64,000 bases of DNA from contig OX597829.1 of assembly GCA_951406725.2 (NCBI GenBank), forward strand, positions 10,168,001 through 10,232,000, read 5' to 3'. A program made the position numbers and the translations under genes. This document shows, in pieces, positions 62,851 to 64,000 of the stretch. The stretch's first letter is position 1. Every line of letters begins with the position of its first letter. The notes beneath the pieces were generated by a model. The model was not told the origin of the DNA and did not search any database. It saw nothing but the letters and a program-made list of their open reading frames with translations. The stretch is from Octopus vulgaris (Eukaryota).

Positions 62851-63496
62851 AAAAAAATAATTCTCTAAACACGCACTGTCCTCCATTTGAAGCCCCTTAA
62901 TTTACAAACCTCAGTTTTTTTTTTATTATCATATACATTCTGTGTAAAAGGAGTAAATATGAATAGTTATAAGATATGAAGAAAACAAACAAAAAAAATA
63001 GCATAAAGCAAAAAGAATTTTAGAATTTTCCTGTCTTCAAGAAGCCAACAACTATAAAGGAAAAACTGAATAAGCTGACAGTTATTTAAAGAAAGAAGAA
63101 TCAATAAGAGAAATTATTAAGAAATAAATTTTAAAAATATAATAAATAACTAAATTGTAAATGAGATTACAGATTGTCATATTGGCAAGAAAAAGTCTCT
63201 GCATGACCATCACTTGACAAAACTGAACAAAGCGGAAATTATAACAGAAAAAGAAAGAAAGTAAGAAAGAAAGAAAGAAAGAAAGAATGAAAGAAAGAAA
63301 GAATGAAAGATAAGGATTCAGTAATGTTTGGGAAGCCCTGCGTTTGCCCCCTCCCCCCAAGACTATCAAAACATAATGAAGCTAAACAAAAGAAAAACAA
63401 TAAATAAAAAGTGAAATATATGTAGAAGTTATGATGAAGCAATCAAGTACATTTGTTTTTTAGCTGTTCAACCTCACCTAAAATAGGAGATATACG

Positions 63497-63538
<42 letters not shown>

Positions 63539-63542
63539 TACA

Positions 63543-63576
<34 letters not shown>

Positions 63577-64000
63577 CATACATACATACATACATACATA
63601 CATACATACATACATACATACATTAATATAGTTGATGGTTTCATACACATGTGTGTGTGTGTGTGTACGGTTGGAGTTTTCGCATCAGCTTTATGGTAAA
63701 TCCACTTTACTCTGGGAAAAAAGAGTTGAACGTAATACCTTGTAGATGCAGATGCAAAAAGTCATCAGGACAAAGGAATTTCTAAACTCTGTATCATTTC
63801 GAACGAAAAACGACATATCTTTAAACGAAATTGATAAAGTATTAAATATAAAGATCTGAAAATAGAGATAACCCGAATGTATGAATCATAAATAGAAATC
63901 ATCTTCGTAACACATCTAGTACTCTTAAAACAAGAGAAATCACAAAAATAACGCACAAAAGTAAAACGTACCCATAATAAAGGGTGACCCCCTTTGGTCA

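Overview
AT-rich, repeat-dominated eukaryotic DNA. The repeat landscape (tRNA-derived SINEs, Dong/R4-type LINEs in (AAT)n, dense microsatellites) resembles an octopus or other coleoid cephalopod; this is inference. Almost all long ORFs in the track are microsatellite artefacts. The real coding remnants are transposon-derived: two Dong/R4-like RLE LINE families, a CR1/L2-group LINE, Tx1/L1, CRE and RTE remnants, a Penelope GIY-YIG fragment and several Tc1/mariner derivatives. The most notable signal is at least seven type I hammerhead ribozyme motifs between 29 and 50 kb: two with a canonical core, one with a compensatory U3-A8 core, and four decayed. They have palindromic stem III, often a long stem II, and sit in short units embedded in (TA)n. 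Two non-coding units show terminal redundancy (monomers of about 368 and 555 nt) plus a 5' inverted copy, as expected for non-autonomous Penelope-like or retrozyme-like elements. A possible host gene start with a 12-nt microexon lies at about 25.1-25.3 kb. Coordinates were read by eye and repeat boundaries are approximate.
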